Positions 13,410 to 27,000 of a DNA stretch of 64,000 nt are shown one piece after another. The notes beneath the pieces are model-generated. The model saw nothing but the letters and a program-made list of their open reading frames with translations. It made no database searches and had not been told where the DNA came from. Within the stretch, counting starts at the first letter, position 1. The number at the start of each line of letters is the position of its first letter. The DNA comes from a virus (taxonomy: Duplodnaviria > Caudoviricetes): positions 1 through 64,000 of IMG/VR virus record IMGVR_UViG_3300028591_000136. One strand, written 5' to 3'. The translations under genes and the position numbers were made by a program.

Positions 13410-14240
13410 TCAATCTTCGTCTTCGTTATCTTTCTTATTCTACTTAGCTTGCTGTCTCTAAGCTTCTTGTATTCTACGTTTATTAGCTTCAGCACCAGCT
13501 ACATACTGCACATATAGATCTACAGCACCTGTAACAAGATCATCAAAAGCGTCCATAGGTAGCTCACAATCTTGTCCTGTCATAGGACTAAATTCCTTTG
13601 GTTGTGAATAATACATAACTTTCACACCAACTGGAGTAGTATATTGATCGTATATTACATTTAATGTTGGAACACTTTTTGTTTCTCCGTCGATTTCAAA
13701 TTCCTTATATTCTCCGATAGTAGCAGCAGGATATCTAAGTATTCTTAAAGAATTATGTGGAGTTTCAAGTAGTCTCCATACATCAGATTGAGATACAAGT
13801 TCATTTGGTAATACTCGTATTGGTTGATTATCTTCCCCAGATGTTTTAAAAGAATATGTAGAAGATACATTAGATACGCTTCTTATATACATATAAAAAT
13901 CTGGTTTTAATGGATATGTAACAGATCTTCCATTTTCTATAATAACCTACCCATTATTATCTGTTACGTTTTGAGTATTATTTTCTGCTTCATTTATAGA
14001 TATAGTCTATGTTTTAAGCATTTTTTGTAATATTGCTTCAACGTGAGCAGAAAGCTTTGATCCTGACTTAATCTGATCAAGGTTGCGATATATATCATGA
14101 ATATACTTATCTTGATATGAGTTGAGATAAGCATATATTGTATCTGTATCAAGTTTGTCAAGATACTCCTTTTCTGGGATCATGGTCTGAACTCGTCTTT
14201 CAAATTCAATACCAAGTCGTCTAGTTTGTGATTCATTCAT
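13410..14240 (-). CDS. Ring/neck protein paralog, 276 aa (TAG read-through)
   Basis: Fragments 14007..14240 and 13458..13892 are in frame. TGA at 13410. Motif CELP...DDLVTGAV. Confidence 0.65.
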
Positions 14241-15070
14241 GCTTCAAGTCCTCTCATATTAAGTTTAGAATTAAGTCTCTAAGATTCTACGTTCTCCAAA
14301 GCAAACGCTACTGCCAAGCTAATCAATTCTTCTGCCATTGTATCGTTACACTCAAAAGTATAAGCACTTTTTAGTAAATCTTCAGCCTAACCATTGGTAA
14401 TTACCGTATTTTCTTGCGGATCTTTAAGTTCGTATGAAAAATAACCAATTGTGTCTATTTCATCAAACTGTGCCTAAGTCATGCTAAAATATTCTTTATT
14501 TCTTATATCTTTAACAAACTTATTAGGTGTTTTTATATACGTAATATCAATCGTCGACCCGTTTGATATCTATGGACTATTCATAGAATCGTATACAACA
14601 TATAAATTATTATTTTCTATATAACAGACAGGTGTTTTAATCCATGGCATATTATATTCAGAAATAATAAACTTATCTGCTATTTGGTGACTTACAAGTT
14701 TTATAGGAAGTGGCCTTGTTGCTTTTCCGTCATACGGTGTACCATTTGTTGTTGTGTGTAATAACTATCCAGATAAAAAATATAACATTTTGTTTGGTTT
14801 ATTACAATAAACAACGTTTATTCCTTCTTCACTCTAAAGTTCCTTACTTTCTGTTTCTATCAATGGAGCTATATCTGATATACTCTTCAAATCACCTTCA
14901 AGAGCTACTCTACGTACATTGTTACCTGTAACCTTCTGAGCAATCAGAGCGTGGTATGCTTTATCTAAGACTGTTGCGACCTCATATTCTGTTAACGATG
15001 GATATGACGAAGTAACATTTGCCTTGTCATACTCTATCATGAATTTTGTGTATATGTCTTTATGCGTCAT
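14237..15070 (-). CDS. Ring/neck protein paralog, 277 aa (TAG read-through)
   Basis: Fragment 14834..15070 continues via TAGs to TGA at 14237, overlapping the next ATG. Motif FECNDTMAEELISLAVAFALE. Confidence 0.65.
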
Positions 15071-15096
15071 ATCTCATTGTGTTTAATTCGTAAGAA

Positions 15097-15849
15097 TTAT
15101 TTATTTTCGGTTTCGTTAATTATAGAAAGCTTAAGGTCTTGATTCTTCTTATTATCCAAGTAAGCAATTGCATCCTCGAGAGAATCTGCAAACATATCAG
15201 ATCCATAGAAGTAGTGTGTCTTATCCTTGCGAATAACACCCTTAGCAATAGCCTGTTCAAGTAAGAACTCTGTATCCTTAGTCTTGTTATTAACCCACTT
15301 GTCAAAGAATCTCTGTGGCTGCTTATCAACCATACTAAACAAAGTAGATTCAACAAGTTCATTAGACATTCTATCAGCTTTAACACCAAACAAACGCAGA
15401 CATTTACGCATCTGTTCAAGCGTAAGCTTATCAAACTCCTTAATAGCCTCTCTACGCTGCTTATTAATCTTATTAGCTTCAACGGCTTCTGCTTCTCTAT
15501 TAATCAAAAGGTAATCTTTACCAGCAGTAAGTTTATCGAGTGAAGTAGCAACGCGCTTATGACCACTGAGGAATTTAATGATCATCTCCTGACGGGGAAT
15601 AGAATCATCAAGAATAACACCTCTAGCACCAACTTTTACACAGAAGGTATCCCAGAAACTGCTAGTCTTTGACAGATGTCCTTCCTCATAACCTAAAACT
15701 TTCTCGTAATATTTTTCATCTTCGGGCGTCAGTCCCGTATATATCGACCCAGACCTTGTGAAGTAAGGAGCAATGTAATCAAAACAACTCTTATATTTTA
15801 CTAATCCGGCCCAGGGATTCTTTTTCTTAATCTTTAATTCAACTACCAT
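15097..15849 (-). CDS. Conserved crAss-like head-module protein downstream of the MCP, 250 aa
   Basis: Intact TAG-free ORF in the position following the MCP. Confidence 0.65.
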   Translation of the reverse strand: MVVELKIKKKNPWAGLVKYKSCFDYIAPYFTRSGSIYTGLTPEDEKYYEKVLGYEEGHLSKTSSFWDTFCVKVGARGVILDDSIPRQEMIIKFLSGHKRVATSLDKLTAGKDYLLINREAEAVEANKINKQRREAIKEFDKLTLEQMRKCLRLFGVKADRMSNELVESTLFSMVDKQPQRFFDKWVNNKTKDTEFLLEQAIAKGVIRKDKTHYFYGSDMFADSLEDAIAYLDNKKNQDLKLSIINETENK

Positions 15850-15875
15850 AATTGTATAATTAGTATGTTGTGATG

Positions 15876-15905
15876 CCGGTCGGGGAGCCGAAGCCCCCCT
15901 CGGTC
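15876..15905 (-). terminator. GC-rich hairpin just downstream of the MCP (terminator or mRNA stabiliser)
   Basis: GCCGGTCGGGGAGCCGAAGCCCCCTCGGTC, an imperfect inverted repeat in the intergenic gap. Confidence 0.5.
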
Positions 15906-15929
15906 ATCAATATATCTTTTTTAATGAGA

Positions 15930-17438
15930 TCAAATACCTTCGTTGCTGATTTCTGTATCTTCAGCATCGCAGTACAAGATACCGCAAGACAATGGGTTGC
16001 GAAGCATGATACCCATCTCACCCAGGAAGTGAACCTGGTAACCATCACGGCTGTTAGAACGCAGTGTAGTGATGCTGTTAGCATAACCATTAGGAGCTAC
16101 AGAACCACCGGTGAACCACTGTACGAACTCACGACCCTTACGGCAAACCTTAACGACGTTAGCCTGACCATCACGCTGACCAAGATCAACGAACAGGAAA
16201 GTATAAGACATCAGTGGCTTACCAGTCAGAGGATGCAGCTGACGGAAGATCTCCATGTTATCGAAGAGAGCGCAACGCTTCAGAGTCAGCTCAATACCAT
16301 TCGTCATTTTGTAAGTCGTGAACTGACCACCGAGAGTCAGGTTCTGACCAGTACCAGTTACGAATACAGTATCAATCATATTGAAGCTAGCAACCTTCTC
16401 CTTCAGGATGCGGTCGAACTCACGAATACCCATCTCACCAGTCAGGGCGATGAACTTACGCTCATTAGTACCCAGCAAGTTGTAGCACAGATCGAAGAGG
16501 AAGTCCTCGAGCAGCTCAGCTGTCAGGTGAGTGTAGTAACGAACGTTAGCTGGGCTAATCTGCTCGAACAGACCAGACATCTTAGCAACGTAACGACCAT
16601 TCGTACCCTTCAGGTTATAAGTACCATCCTGCTGACGGTTACCCTTAGCGAAGAGCAACTCCTTCTCCTCACGACGCTTCCACTCACGAAGAGCTATCCA
16701 GTACTGATAGTCAGACCACAGATAAGAAGTCTTACCAGTCTCGGGATCCTTCAAAGCGATAGCAAGAACAGTGCTATATGCGTCGCCAGTGATATCGTAA
16801 GACAGACGGAGAGTCTGCAGCTGGTTGCGCATCTTAAATGGAGTCTGATATCCGATGATATCTGCCTCATCACTGTACTCCTCGTAAGCAGAACCCATAC
16901 GGCTTACCTGACGACCAGGCAGCAGGAACTCACCAGGAATATAAGCAGCATTGCTCTGATCAACTACATAACACTCGTATACCCAAGCGCTACCATCCTG
17001 ATAAGGAGTACCGCTTACACGAACCTGGAACTTATAGTCATCGAAAGACAGAATAGCACCAGGACCAAACCAACGCTCTTCGAGTGCAAGGAAAATAGGC
17101 TGACCATTAGCACCAGCAGTAGCATTTGGATAATTAGTAGCATTAATCTCAGAACCATTAGCCTTAGCCCAACGGATGTTGACTGCATGCTCGCTATCGA
17201 TCATTACAGACCATTCGAACTCACGGTTCTCAATGACCATCGTTTTGCCCAGACCACCAGTGATCAAATCGATAGCAGTTGATACACCGTCGTCCTTAGT
17301 ACCGAATACCAGTGAAAGCAGACCAGAAACCTCATGAGGCTTAGTCAGCAGGGCGTTAGAAATCATGTTCTCATCTACCAGGTCGCTGAAACGACGTCCG
17401 CGATACAGCTGGAGATTATTAAGTAAACTATTATTCAT
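15930..17438 (-). CDS. Major capsid protein (crAss-like), 502 aa
   Basis: Size, position after portal and scaffold, motifs (EFEWSV, YEEYS, GLFEQI, SRDGYQVHFLGEMGIMLRNP) and strong codon bias. No TAG. Confidence 0.9.
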   Translation of the reverse strand: MNNSLLNNLQLYRGRRFSDLVDENMISNALLTKPHEVSGLLSLVFGTKDDGVSTAIDLITGGLGKTMVIENREFEWSVMIDSEHAVNIRWAKANGSEINATNYPNATAGANGQPIFLALEERWFGPGAILSFDDYKFQVRVSGTPYQDGSAWVYECYVVDQSNAAYIPGEFLLPGRQVSRMGSAYEEYSDEADIIGYQTPFKMRNQLQTLRLSYDITGDAYSTVLAIALKDPETGKTSYLWSDYQYWIALREWKRREEKELLFAKGNRQQDGTYNLKGTNGRYVAKMSGLFEQISPANVRYYTHLTAELLEDFLFDLCYNLLGTNERKFIALTGEMGIREFDRILKEKVASFNMIDTVFVTGTGQNLTLGGQFTTYKMTNGIELTLKRCALFDNMEIFRQLHPLTGKPLMSYTFLFVDLGQRDGQANVVKVCRKGREFVQWFTGGSVAPNGYANSITTLRSNSRDGYQVHFLGEMGIMLRNPLSCGILYCDAEDTEISNEGI

Positions 17439-17467
17439 ATGTATATTTAAATTGTTTAATTAATCAA

Positions 17468-18646
17468 TCAGAACGCACCTGCAAGTAAGTCCGTAACTGA
17501 TTTCTGTTTATCATCGGCATTATATGTTGTATGATTTTTAGTTGTATGCCTTAACATTTTTCTAAGTTTATCAGCAGCGGATGACTCTCCCTTTCTTTCT
17601 GCACCAGAGATCAAAGTGTCGGCTTTCATCGTAAAGTACGCAGATTCAATGAGGTTCTTTGATAGATTTTCATTAAAGTCTTTCTGATACTGCGACATAC
17701 CATTTTGATCAACTTTGAAAATATAATCAAACAAGGCTTTACGATCTTCCTTAGGAATAGCTATGCCACGAATGTTAGTCAAGGAATTGATGTCCTTTGT
17801 AACTGAATCAAAGAAGGCTTTTGACTGCTCTTCTTGCATTCGGGCATACTCTTCCTATTTACGTGTAGCCTCTTCAAGCTCCTATGTCCTGATCTGCTTC
17901 AATCTATCTAGTGCATCCTCGGATTCCTCAAACAACATATCATTATCTTCATATCGAGCTATCTTCTTATTTATCTGCTCATCTGAGTAATTATTATGTT
18001 TAAGGAGTTCACGAATGACTGCTTTTTGATTTGTTTCATCTTCCATGTCGATATCATCGAGCGATAGCTTATCAGACTGTCGCTGATAGAAGTCTTCAAA
18101 CTTACCTCCATTCTTGACATATTCATCAAGTTGCTGTATACGATCATCTGCATATTCTGGCTTTGAATTTTCTTTAATTACTTCAGCCCAATATTTAGTA
18201 AGATCTTCTACATTCAGAGGTCTATCTTTCTCATCAATATCTGCCATGTTCCAACCAAGTTGCTGTCCGATAGCATCGAACAAAAGCCCCACTTGCTGAG
18301 CTTCCACTACATCGGCATCAGAAGGTTCTGTTTCTTCTTCTGTCTCCTCTGTATTCTCAACTTTAGTTGTCTACTGTGTATCAACGTTCTTTGTATCTCC
18401 GTTGAGTACATCTTCTGGAATATCACTGTCGTCCTCGTGTGAGTCGTTCTTAGTGTCATCCTCTGTCTTCCCGTCCTCAGTATTCACTGGCGGTTCCTTC
18501 TTATCTTCTTCATCTTCAAGTGGAATTTCTATAGTAGAATCAAGAGTATTCATATCTGTTACACCCTCATGTCCTTCTACGTTTGAATAGATGCTACCAA
18601 GAACATCATCAAAACCACTTGGTATTGTATTCTTCTTTTTTGCCAT
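17468..18646 (-). CDS. Putative capsid scaffolding protein, 392 aa (TAG read-through)
   Basis: Three in-frame fragments joined by TAG. Very acidic N-terminus and helical C-terminus, directly upstream of the MCP. Confidence 0.75.
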
Positions 18647-18714
18647 ATTGCAATATGTGTTTATAAATTATATTTATAATTCTTATTTTATTCAGACTTC
18701 ATTGTCTGTATATG

Positions 18715-20382
18715 TTATTCTATCATAGGATCAAAGATTTTTATATTTCCTAAAGCATCAATCCCTATATTTTTCTATCCTAAATCAGTTATTGTATACG
18801 GAAAATTGTCAATGGTATAGTATCCAGGTCTACCAACAATCGGTTTATATCCAAGTGGTTCAAATGCTTTCTTCGAATCCATTTTTCTAATTGCAGAAAG
18901 TTTCCCCTACGGTTTTTTACCGTTTGGTAACACGTATTTTTTCGTAAATGCTTCGAACGGATCAGCCACTTTTTTTATTGGAGTAACCTTGTCTTGAGAA
19001 AATACTGGCAAATAACGATTTCCATCTTTTATAAAACCCTCGTAAGACATCTTTGGTACACCCGGAAGCTGATTTATTGCCAACGACTCCTGTATATAAT
19101 CGGGGAGTTCGTTTACATTCGTTATTTGTACATTTTCGGCTCCACCGTCTGTTATCTTTAATACTCTGTTGCTATTTCTTAAATCTTGATACACAGTCCG
19201 CTCAGCGCCTTTCCCAATATAATCGCCAAGCATATCGTCCAACTAATAATCAGTCAACTAGTCTAATTCTGGATTATTGTAATTTGGTTTTATTCCGTAA
19301 TATTTATATTCACCTGGAGTCATTCCTCCACTCTTATACACATATCCGTCTTTTGATAACTTTTTCCTTAGCTGCACACGATTCGATCTCATAAAATTTC
19401 CAAACCCCTGCAGATCTTTGTTGCTTCCTAGAATAAGAGCGTTATCAGGTTCAAAGAAAGCTATTTCTCCTCTAGCAGAGGCTATCACAGCATCATTATC
19501 TGCAAGAACGGTACTTCTAGTTTTAGGAGATATTTTAGTTACATTTACCCCATTTTTAGATATACCTCCAAAGAATTGGTCTGTAATAAATGGGTTCTTA
19601 CTGTTTAGTAGTACCGGATATACATCTCCTTTTGACCCATAATTAGCAGCAGTTGCTCTCTCAGGAGCTAAGTACATACCTACGGAACCTTTAATAGGCA
19701 TGTTGGAACCTATAGCATCTGTAGAGAACGATTGTAAATCTTTTATTTTACTGCCGTGCCACAAAATATCTTTCGTCTTTGAGTTTGGAAATACGCCATC
19801 TAAATATGTTTGATAATTCCACAAATCACCTAAATCTTTAGTGGCAGGATTTCTATTATACGCCGTTATAACAGGGTTTTCCTTTATGGCTGTTTTAAGG
19901 GCATTTTTTACTGCAAAATTTTTATACGATGTTTTTACTACATTTGGCACGGTATTTTTTAAAAATGACCCACCACCAAGCACTAATGCGTCAGTAACTA
20001 ATCTTCCGGCAGTACCTAAATCCTAACCAGTAGCAGCTTCAATATAAGTAGACGGAGAAATTATTTTCATCATCTATTCTAAACCTTCTGCACGCTTAGC
20101 ATCATCTTTAGCTTTTTGATACTGCTAATTAACGTACTGTTTTGCTGCTTGAGATTGTTTACGTTGGTAAGAGCTTCTAGTGTCTGGACCAATAGATTCT
20201 GTCATATGCTTTTTGGTAGCTTCTGCAACAAAATCTCTTTTGATTGGCTAATAAACAGGTTCTTTCTTTACAGAAGTATTATCGGATTTCTCTACAATCT
20301 TTCCTGCATCATAAACCTATTCTCCGTTTCTCCAACGAGCAACACGTTCTCTCCATTTAGCACGTTCATCTTCCGTAAACAT
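18715..20382 (-). CDS. Polyvalent-type effector: ADP-ribosyltransferase-like domain fused to a kinase-like domain, 555 aa (TAG read-through)
   Basis: ATG 20382 to TAA 18715 in one frame. ART-like motifs LWHGS / GMYLA / VYPVLLNSKNP / GEIAFF. Kinase-like motifs IGKGAERTVY / VLKI / TDLG(Q)KNIG / IFDP. Confidence 0.65.
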
Positions 20383-20539
20383 ATGTATTTCCCTCCATCT
20401 TATTAGCTACTAAATTAGCAACTATATTAGTCATAAAGTCATTAGCTTCATCATGCTGTACTAAGCGAAGTATAGCTCTTAGAAGCTCATTGTTCTATCT
20501 TGTAAGCTCTAAGAGCTCTTGTTCTTCACTTCTTGTCAT
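20366..20539 (-). CDS. Small hypothetical protein, 57 aa (one TAG)
   Basis: MTRSEEQELLELTR(Q)NNELLRAILRLVQHDEANDFMTNIVANLVANK...; fills the gap and overlaps both neighbours. Confidence 0.55.
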
Positions 20540-23022
20540 TTTCCACTAGATGTTTTATTCTTTAATGCTGTGCGTGCTTTAATCTTCTCACGTTCCATTG
20601 CAGCTTCATCTTTTTGTTTCTGCAACTCCATCTCATGCTTCATACGATCACGCTCAAGATCAATCTTCTTATCTTCAATCTCTTTCTTTTGTTTAGCTTC
20701 GTAACGCTTAGTATATTCGTCAGACAGAATCTTACGCTGTTGTGTAGCATCTTTAGCGATCTCCATAGGATCAGGTATACCATTCATATTAGCATCCTTC
20801 TCTTCAGTACCGCGATATGCACTAATCTCAGCCACAGCAATCTTAGTCTGGTTGTCAGCATCAATACGATAACGTTCAAGATCCATCTTAGCTTCCTCAA
20901 GCATAAGTTCTTGTTCACGCTGTTCGTTCTGCATCTGCTGGAGTTGTATAGCCTGTTGCTGTTCAGCTTCTTGCTGCTGCTTCATAGCCTCCTCCTGACG
21001 TTGCTGCATTTCCTGAAGCTTCTGTTTAATGATATTGAAGTTATCATTTGTAAGTACCTCAGCGGCCTCTAAGAGGCTGGCTCCATTCTGCATAGCCGGC
21101 TGAATAAGCTGCTGCAACTTCTAAATGTTCTCCATGTCTTTAGAAGTGTCACTTACAAATACATCCATATCTTCGTAGTAGAATTTATCAGATATATCAA
21201 TATAAGCACGCTCACCATTATCGAAGATATAGCTAAGCTTCTTCTTACCTGTCTATGCCCAAGCACCTTTAGCAGTATTTAAGAGCATGTTAAGAGCGTG
21301 ACGTTTACACTGATTATGTGCCCAGAACAGAGGCTCTGTAATGTGTGATGATTGTACAACACTACGTTCAACATTTCCTACTAGTTCACGCTGTGATATA
21401 GCACCTTGACGTTGTTCTGTGATACCCGATATTGTACCAGCTAACTACTCTATCTTGTCCATCAACTAGATGTATTCCGCGATGACGTTCGACATGGTAA
21501 GATCCAGAGCAGTGATTTGATTAAATGTAGCAGGCTTTCCGCCTTCTCTACCTGGTACGTTCCAACCTTCTTCATAAGGATTAATAAAGTTTACACCTAC
21601 TGATGATAAGTAGTGCATCCATCTTTCTGGACTGATATTCATAGACTTAGGAATCTATGTAATATCCATATTCACTACTTTTCCTTTGTCTCTTGCGATT
21701 GCTAATTCTAGTCTGTACCAAAGTACAATGTACATATATTGGAGAGGCTTAAGAATGCTAACCAAGGACCTAGGGCGACTATTGGTATTAGAATAAATGC
21801 ATCCACAGTAGGGAAGTTTTTGAGAATTAGGGTTATCAATTGATATGTGCTAATACTCAACAGGCTGTATTCCAAAATAAAGATCACTTCCTGCACGATA
21901 ACCCTCCCATACCTCGATGACCCAATCTGGTTCAACAGAGAGCTCAAGTCCTGTTTTTTTGTATGATTCATCTGCTATTTCTATTTGAGGTTGTCCTGCT
22001 TCATCTAAGTATGTTACATAGTATATCTTTTTGAATGACTTCCAGCAACAGTGCCATACATTTATAGCATATCTACTTCTCTGATCGTATATAGGATTAT
22101 CATAGATATGTAGCTGTATACCACCAAAATTATCTACCATATCCTTATCACCCATATCGTTTGAAGGTCTACCAGTAAGCATTTCTTCAAGCTTATTAAG
22201 GTCTTTCTCCTTGAGTTTATTGTAGTATCGATCATAGATTTCCTACATAGGAAGCCTCATTCTACGGCAACACCATGCACCGTCTTCAATAAACTCCAAG
22301 TCTGGACTCTTATCAAATGAGAATTCAAGAGGATTAACTCTCTCTAAGTAAGGTTCATCGTTTAGAACACCTACATAGTATATCTCTTCACCTGCAATAA
22401 GAGCATCTTTCCAACCTTTAATAAATTCATTGTCGAGAGTAAGTTTCTCTCTTAAATATGTCAAAGTGTGGTAAGCAGCATTCTCTACCACATCTTTGTA
22501 ATCTTTCTACATATATTTAGCAATAGCTTCTGGAGGCATTATTTCTCCATTCTACATCTACTGCTAAAACTATTGTGCTTCTTCAGGACTCATACGAGCT
22601 GTGATAGCAGCCATTATATACTGCATCAACATCTCCTTTTCTTTCTCCATCAGTTCTGAAGCAGCTTCTTGAGACGTTCTAACTACACAGAAGTTCATTG
22701 GTCTTTTAGTCTCTTCACCAATCAATAAGTCTATCTTAGGACGTATGATATTAAAGTCCTGTGGTGTAGCTGGGAAACCGTCTTCTACATGGAATGGATT
22801 AGTTATTCTCTTAAAATCTTTTTCGTCGAATATACTATTATACAGATTATAATAGGTCTACATCTCTCCGAAGTGAGTCTTATTCATTCCACCTGATACT
22901 ACATTACCCTCACCGATAATATAGTTTACGCAGTCATGTTGCCACTTCTCATCTTTCTTTGATAGTGGAAGTTTTTGCTGCGGGAATGTAGCATTGTATA
23001 AATTATCTTCTACTCTAACCAT
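20536..23022 (-). CDS. Portal protein, 828 aa (TAG read-through)
   Basis: N-terminus MVRVEDNLYNATFPQQKLPLSKKDEKW, motif FNIIRPKIDLLIGEE and a long C-terminal Gln/Glu coiled coil. Fragments 22243, 21850 and 20536 are in frame. Confidence 0.85.
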
Positions 23023-23039
23023 TATTGTATATTTTTAAA

Positions 23040-24041
23040 TTAAGACTCTACATAATCTGTAATTGTCCATCCTGTTGGTACTCCACTAGTTGATGTAGCC
23101 CAATCAGTTTTTGACGCCGCTTTTCTAAATATACCACTACCGTTACCTGCATTTGTTAACCAGTTGTTTGTACATGATATATTACTAGTTGTAATCAGAC
23201 AAGTTACTTCATTAATATTACCATTACCTTTAAACATCTCTTCATAACAATTTGTAGCTGGAGTAGCAACACGTAATATTGGACCCTTAGTCATTCTAGG
23301 TGTTGTAATCTTACTATTTCTATTCATACAGAACATTCTCTTACAACATGCAGATGCCATATCAGTCAAATTTATTTCTGGAGCTACTTCAAGATTTATA
23401 CATCCTTCAAACATTGAACTATAGCAGTCTGTAGCTGAATATAATCCAGGTAACTATGGAGCTGTTGTAAGATTGGTACATCCTCTAAACATTCCATTAT
23501 AACAACCTGTGGTACATGTAGTTGCCGGAAGTATAAGGTTACTAGTATCTATCAATGTTGTAGTTCCGTAAAACAATCCACACAGGTTGTGTGTAGTCCC
23601 ACTGGTAAATTCAGAATTACTTGTAAAATTATTACCAAATAACAATGACATTACGTTACCATAAACCTTGAAATTTTTACTACTTGAAAACCTCCAATAA
23701 CGATCCCATGAAGAAGATAAACAAGAATTAACACCTTTAAATAATATTTTATCGCCAGTGTTAATAGTACTTATTGAAGTGTTATTTGACAATGTTATAT
23801 CTACCCATGTTACTCCATTGTCTAATGAATACGACATGTTTTTATCTCCAGGACTATTACCTGACCTACTAATACCTATTCCATTATTATCTTCTAATGA
23901 TTCTATTGTAAAATAGTCTAAAGAATAATCGTGTTGCTGAGGTGTCGTTGGCCATATTTTTGTACTACCTATATACATAGCAGTAGCTTCAGTAGTACCT
24001 AACATTATTTTGCTGGCTGCTGCAATTTCTGTATTTGTCAT
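23040..24041 (-). CDS. BspA/LRR-like repeat protein (tail fibre-associated), 333 aa (TAG read-through)
   Basis: Repeats CY..MF.GCT.L..AP. Two fragments in frame. Confidence 0.7.
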
Positions 24042-27000
24042 GATATTATATATATGGTATTAGAATCGTAATTAGGACTTAAAGCAGTATATTGAGCCTA
24101 ACTACCAGTCCATATATTAGCTTTATTGTTCCATGTATATTTTTCTCCAGTAGTTACAACAGAAAGAGTAGAGCCTCCAGAAATGGCTGTTTCGTTTGAC
24201 GGTACTGTTGGAATAGTTGGTTTATTTGCAATATACGCCAAAGAACTAGAATCAGATACACTCCAATCAGATTGCACAGGAGCTGCTGGAATGGTTGGTT
24301 TATTTAGAATATAAGCAAGAGATGTATTATCGGTTTCATTCCAGTTAGACTATACTCCAGAACCGGATCCAGATCCCGCTGGACCTTGTGCGTGGACCCC
24401 TGTATTAGTAGTTCCAATGAACCAGTTACCAGTAGTACTATCAATATGAGGAGTAATACCATCCTGACCTTCTGCTACTATTCCTGTATCAGTAGAACCT
24501 ATCATCCAATGTTTAGAAGTAGAATCTATATGAGGAGTGACTCCATCTGTACCATTTGTTATCGTAGGCTTATTTTTGATGTAGTCTACTTGAGTATTAT
24601 CAGTCTGATTCCAATCAGCTTGTATCTGTGTAGCTGGAATTGTTGGTTTTTCTGACAGATCATTATAATTTCCTGTAAAAGCCACTGTTGAAAAATCATA
24701 AATTATATCTAATACTCCTCTTATATTACATCCACCAGCTCTTATACTATGACTACTAAAATGTTCAGCCCCATACTAAGTTTCATAAGCGTACAAAAAA
24801 TAAGCTTCTTCTGAAGAAGAACCTAATTGTTTTGTCCAAATTTGAGTTGTACTTGTTTTACTAAAAAAATTCTAACCGGAAACATATCCGTTGCAAGGAA
24901 AAAATAATTCTTTTGAAAGATCAGTTTTATCCTTAAATATAAGTCCAGGAACATTGCTATCTTGATAATCAGTTGTATAATATACATATGTAGCTCCAAC
25001 TAATATATCTATTTCTTCTTTCGTAGGCATTCTCCAACTACCACCCCATGCTGCTTTTACTGCATCATCGGTGGTTTCTAATACAGTCTTACCATCAGTA
25101 CTGTTATACTTCGTCATGACAGAACTTGTACCATCACAGTACTTGTAATCAGACCAACCAAAATACTTCTACCCTTCACCACTACCTATTTGTGAATCAG
25201 TATATCCTTGAGTATCTCCCCATTGATAATAAAGACCAGGATCTGTTATACTATTTGCTCCTAAGTTCATAGTAGCCCATTTGATGCCACCTATTTCTAC
25301 ATAATCATGATTATTTGCATTATCAAAATATTTAGGTTTGTTAGCTATATATGCTAAAGAGGAACTGTCTGATTCATTCCAATCTGATTGTATAGGAGTC
25401 TCTGGTATTGTTGGCTTATGTTTAATGTAATCTAATTGGGTATTGTCAGTCTAATACCAATCTGATTGAACAGGTGCCTATGGAATAGTGGGTTTATTCT
25501 TAATATAATCTGCTTTAGTATTATCAGCCTAATTCCAGTCTGATTGTATCTATGCATCTGGAATAGTAGGTTTATTATATAAATCATCATAAGACCCAGT
25601 AAAACATATTTCTTGTAATCTACGATGTTGTCCGTCTGAATTATTTATAACAGGCCTAATTGAATTTAAATTGTCTCTAGAATAGATAGTATATCTTCCT
25701 TTACTATACCCAGGACCGTATGCAAACTATTTTCCATCACTATCAGAAGGTGTATTATATTCTCCTTCTTTTAACCAAATAGAAAAATGATAACTTTCTT
25801 CATAAGACTATATATAATAACTAGTACTTCTAAAAATGATATTGGTAGTAAGTGGAAAATAAATATATTTTTCTGGGTTTAATGTGGATGTAAGTTTTAA
25901 AACATTAATTCCTTCTATTTGAACAACTTCTTTTGTTGTATAAGTAACTAATTCTTTAGCTTGATTTTCTGTCGGAACTTCCCAATCTCCTCCCCAAGTT
26001 TGTCTTGCAGCATCTGATTCTATAGGAAGTATTTCTACATTCTGACTATTATATGGAAAGGATTCTTGATGTCCATCTATCTATTGTAATGTGTATCCTT
26101 GCAATCCTCCCCAAGTATACCATAATCCTTCATCCTAAATACTAGAAGCTCCTAAATTCATAGAAGACCATAAAGTACCTGATGGTAAACAAAGATCTAC
26201 ATAATTATGATTATTACTATTTACATTATAAGTAATTTCTTCATTTTCATCTGTAAACCTACTAGAACTATTAGATATATTTGCGCTCCATTGCTATTCA
26301 GTTAGTGGAGGATTATCAGTAGTAGTATCAAGATATGATTGATATGCAGATTTTCCATTAATACCATTTTGTCCATTAGTACCATTCTATCCATCTTGCC
26401 CATGTAATGATTCTAACCACTATTCAAGAGTTCCTTCATATCCTTGTTCAACGGCAAGTTCATAAGCCGACTTACCATTCTATCCATTTGTACCATCGGA
26501 ACCATCTTGACCATCGACACCGTGTAATGATGCAATCCACTATTCTTCTGTTAACGCAGGATTGTCTGATGTAGTATCTAAATAAGACTAGTAAGCTGAT
26601 TTTCCATCAGATCCTATCATATTATATAATACACTTATTGTATAAGATCCGTTATTTTCTGTTATTGCTACTACGTCTCCAGCCTGTAAAGATCCACTAT
26701 AGTTAACTGAATTTATAGTCCAATTATATGAAAATGCTTGAGGAATTAAACATGTTTTCTGTCCAGTGTTTTCTGCAAATATAAAATCAGATGCCCAATC
26801 GCGAAGATTATTGTTTCCGTATATGGTTTCCATAGGGTCTCCTTTAGGCCCTTGTGGTCCTTGTAAACCAGTTTCTCCTTTTAAAGCTGCAAGTTGTTCT
26901 TGAGTAAAATCTGCATATGTGAAAGCCGCACCTTGAGGTCCAGTTTCTCCCTAAGGTCCAGTCTCACCTTGAGGTCCAGTTTCTCCTTGTGGACCAACTT

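Noticed and set aside
15870-17282. 470-aa plus-strand ORF (also 11489..12427 and similar antisense ORFs)
   Set aside because: These are antisense shadows of strongly codon-biased genes such as the MCP, with no recognisable motifs.
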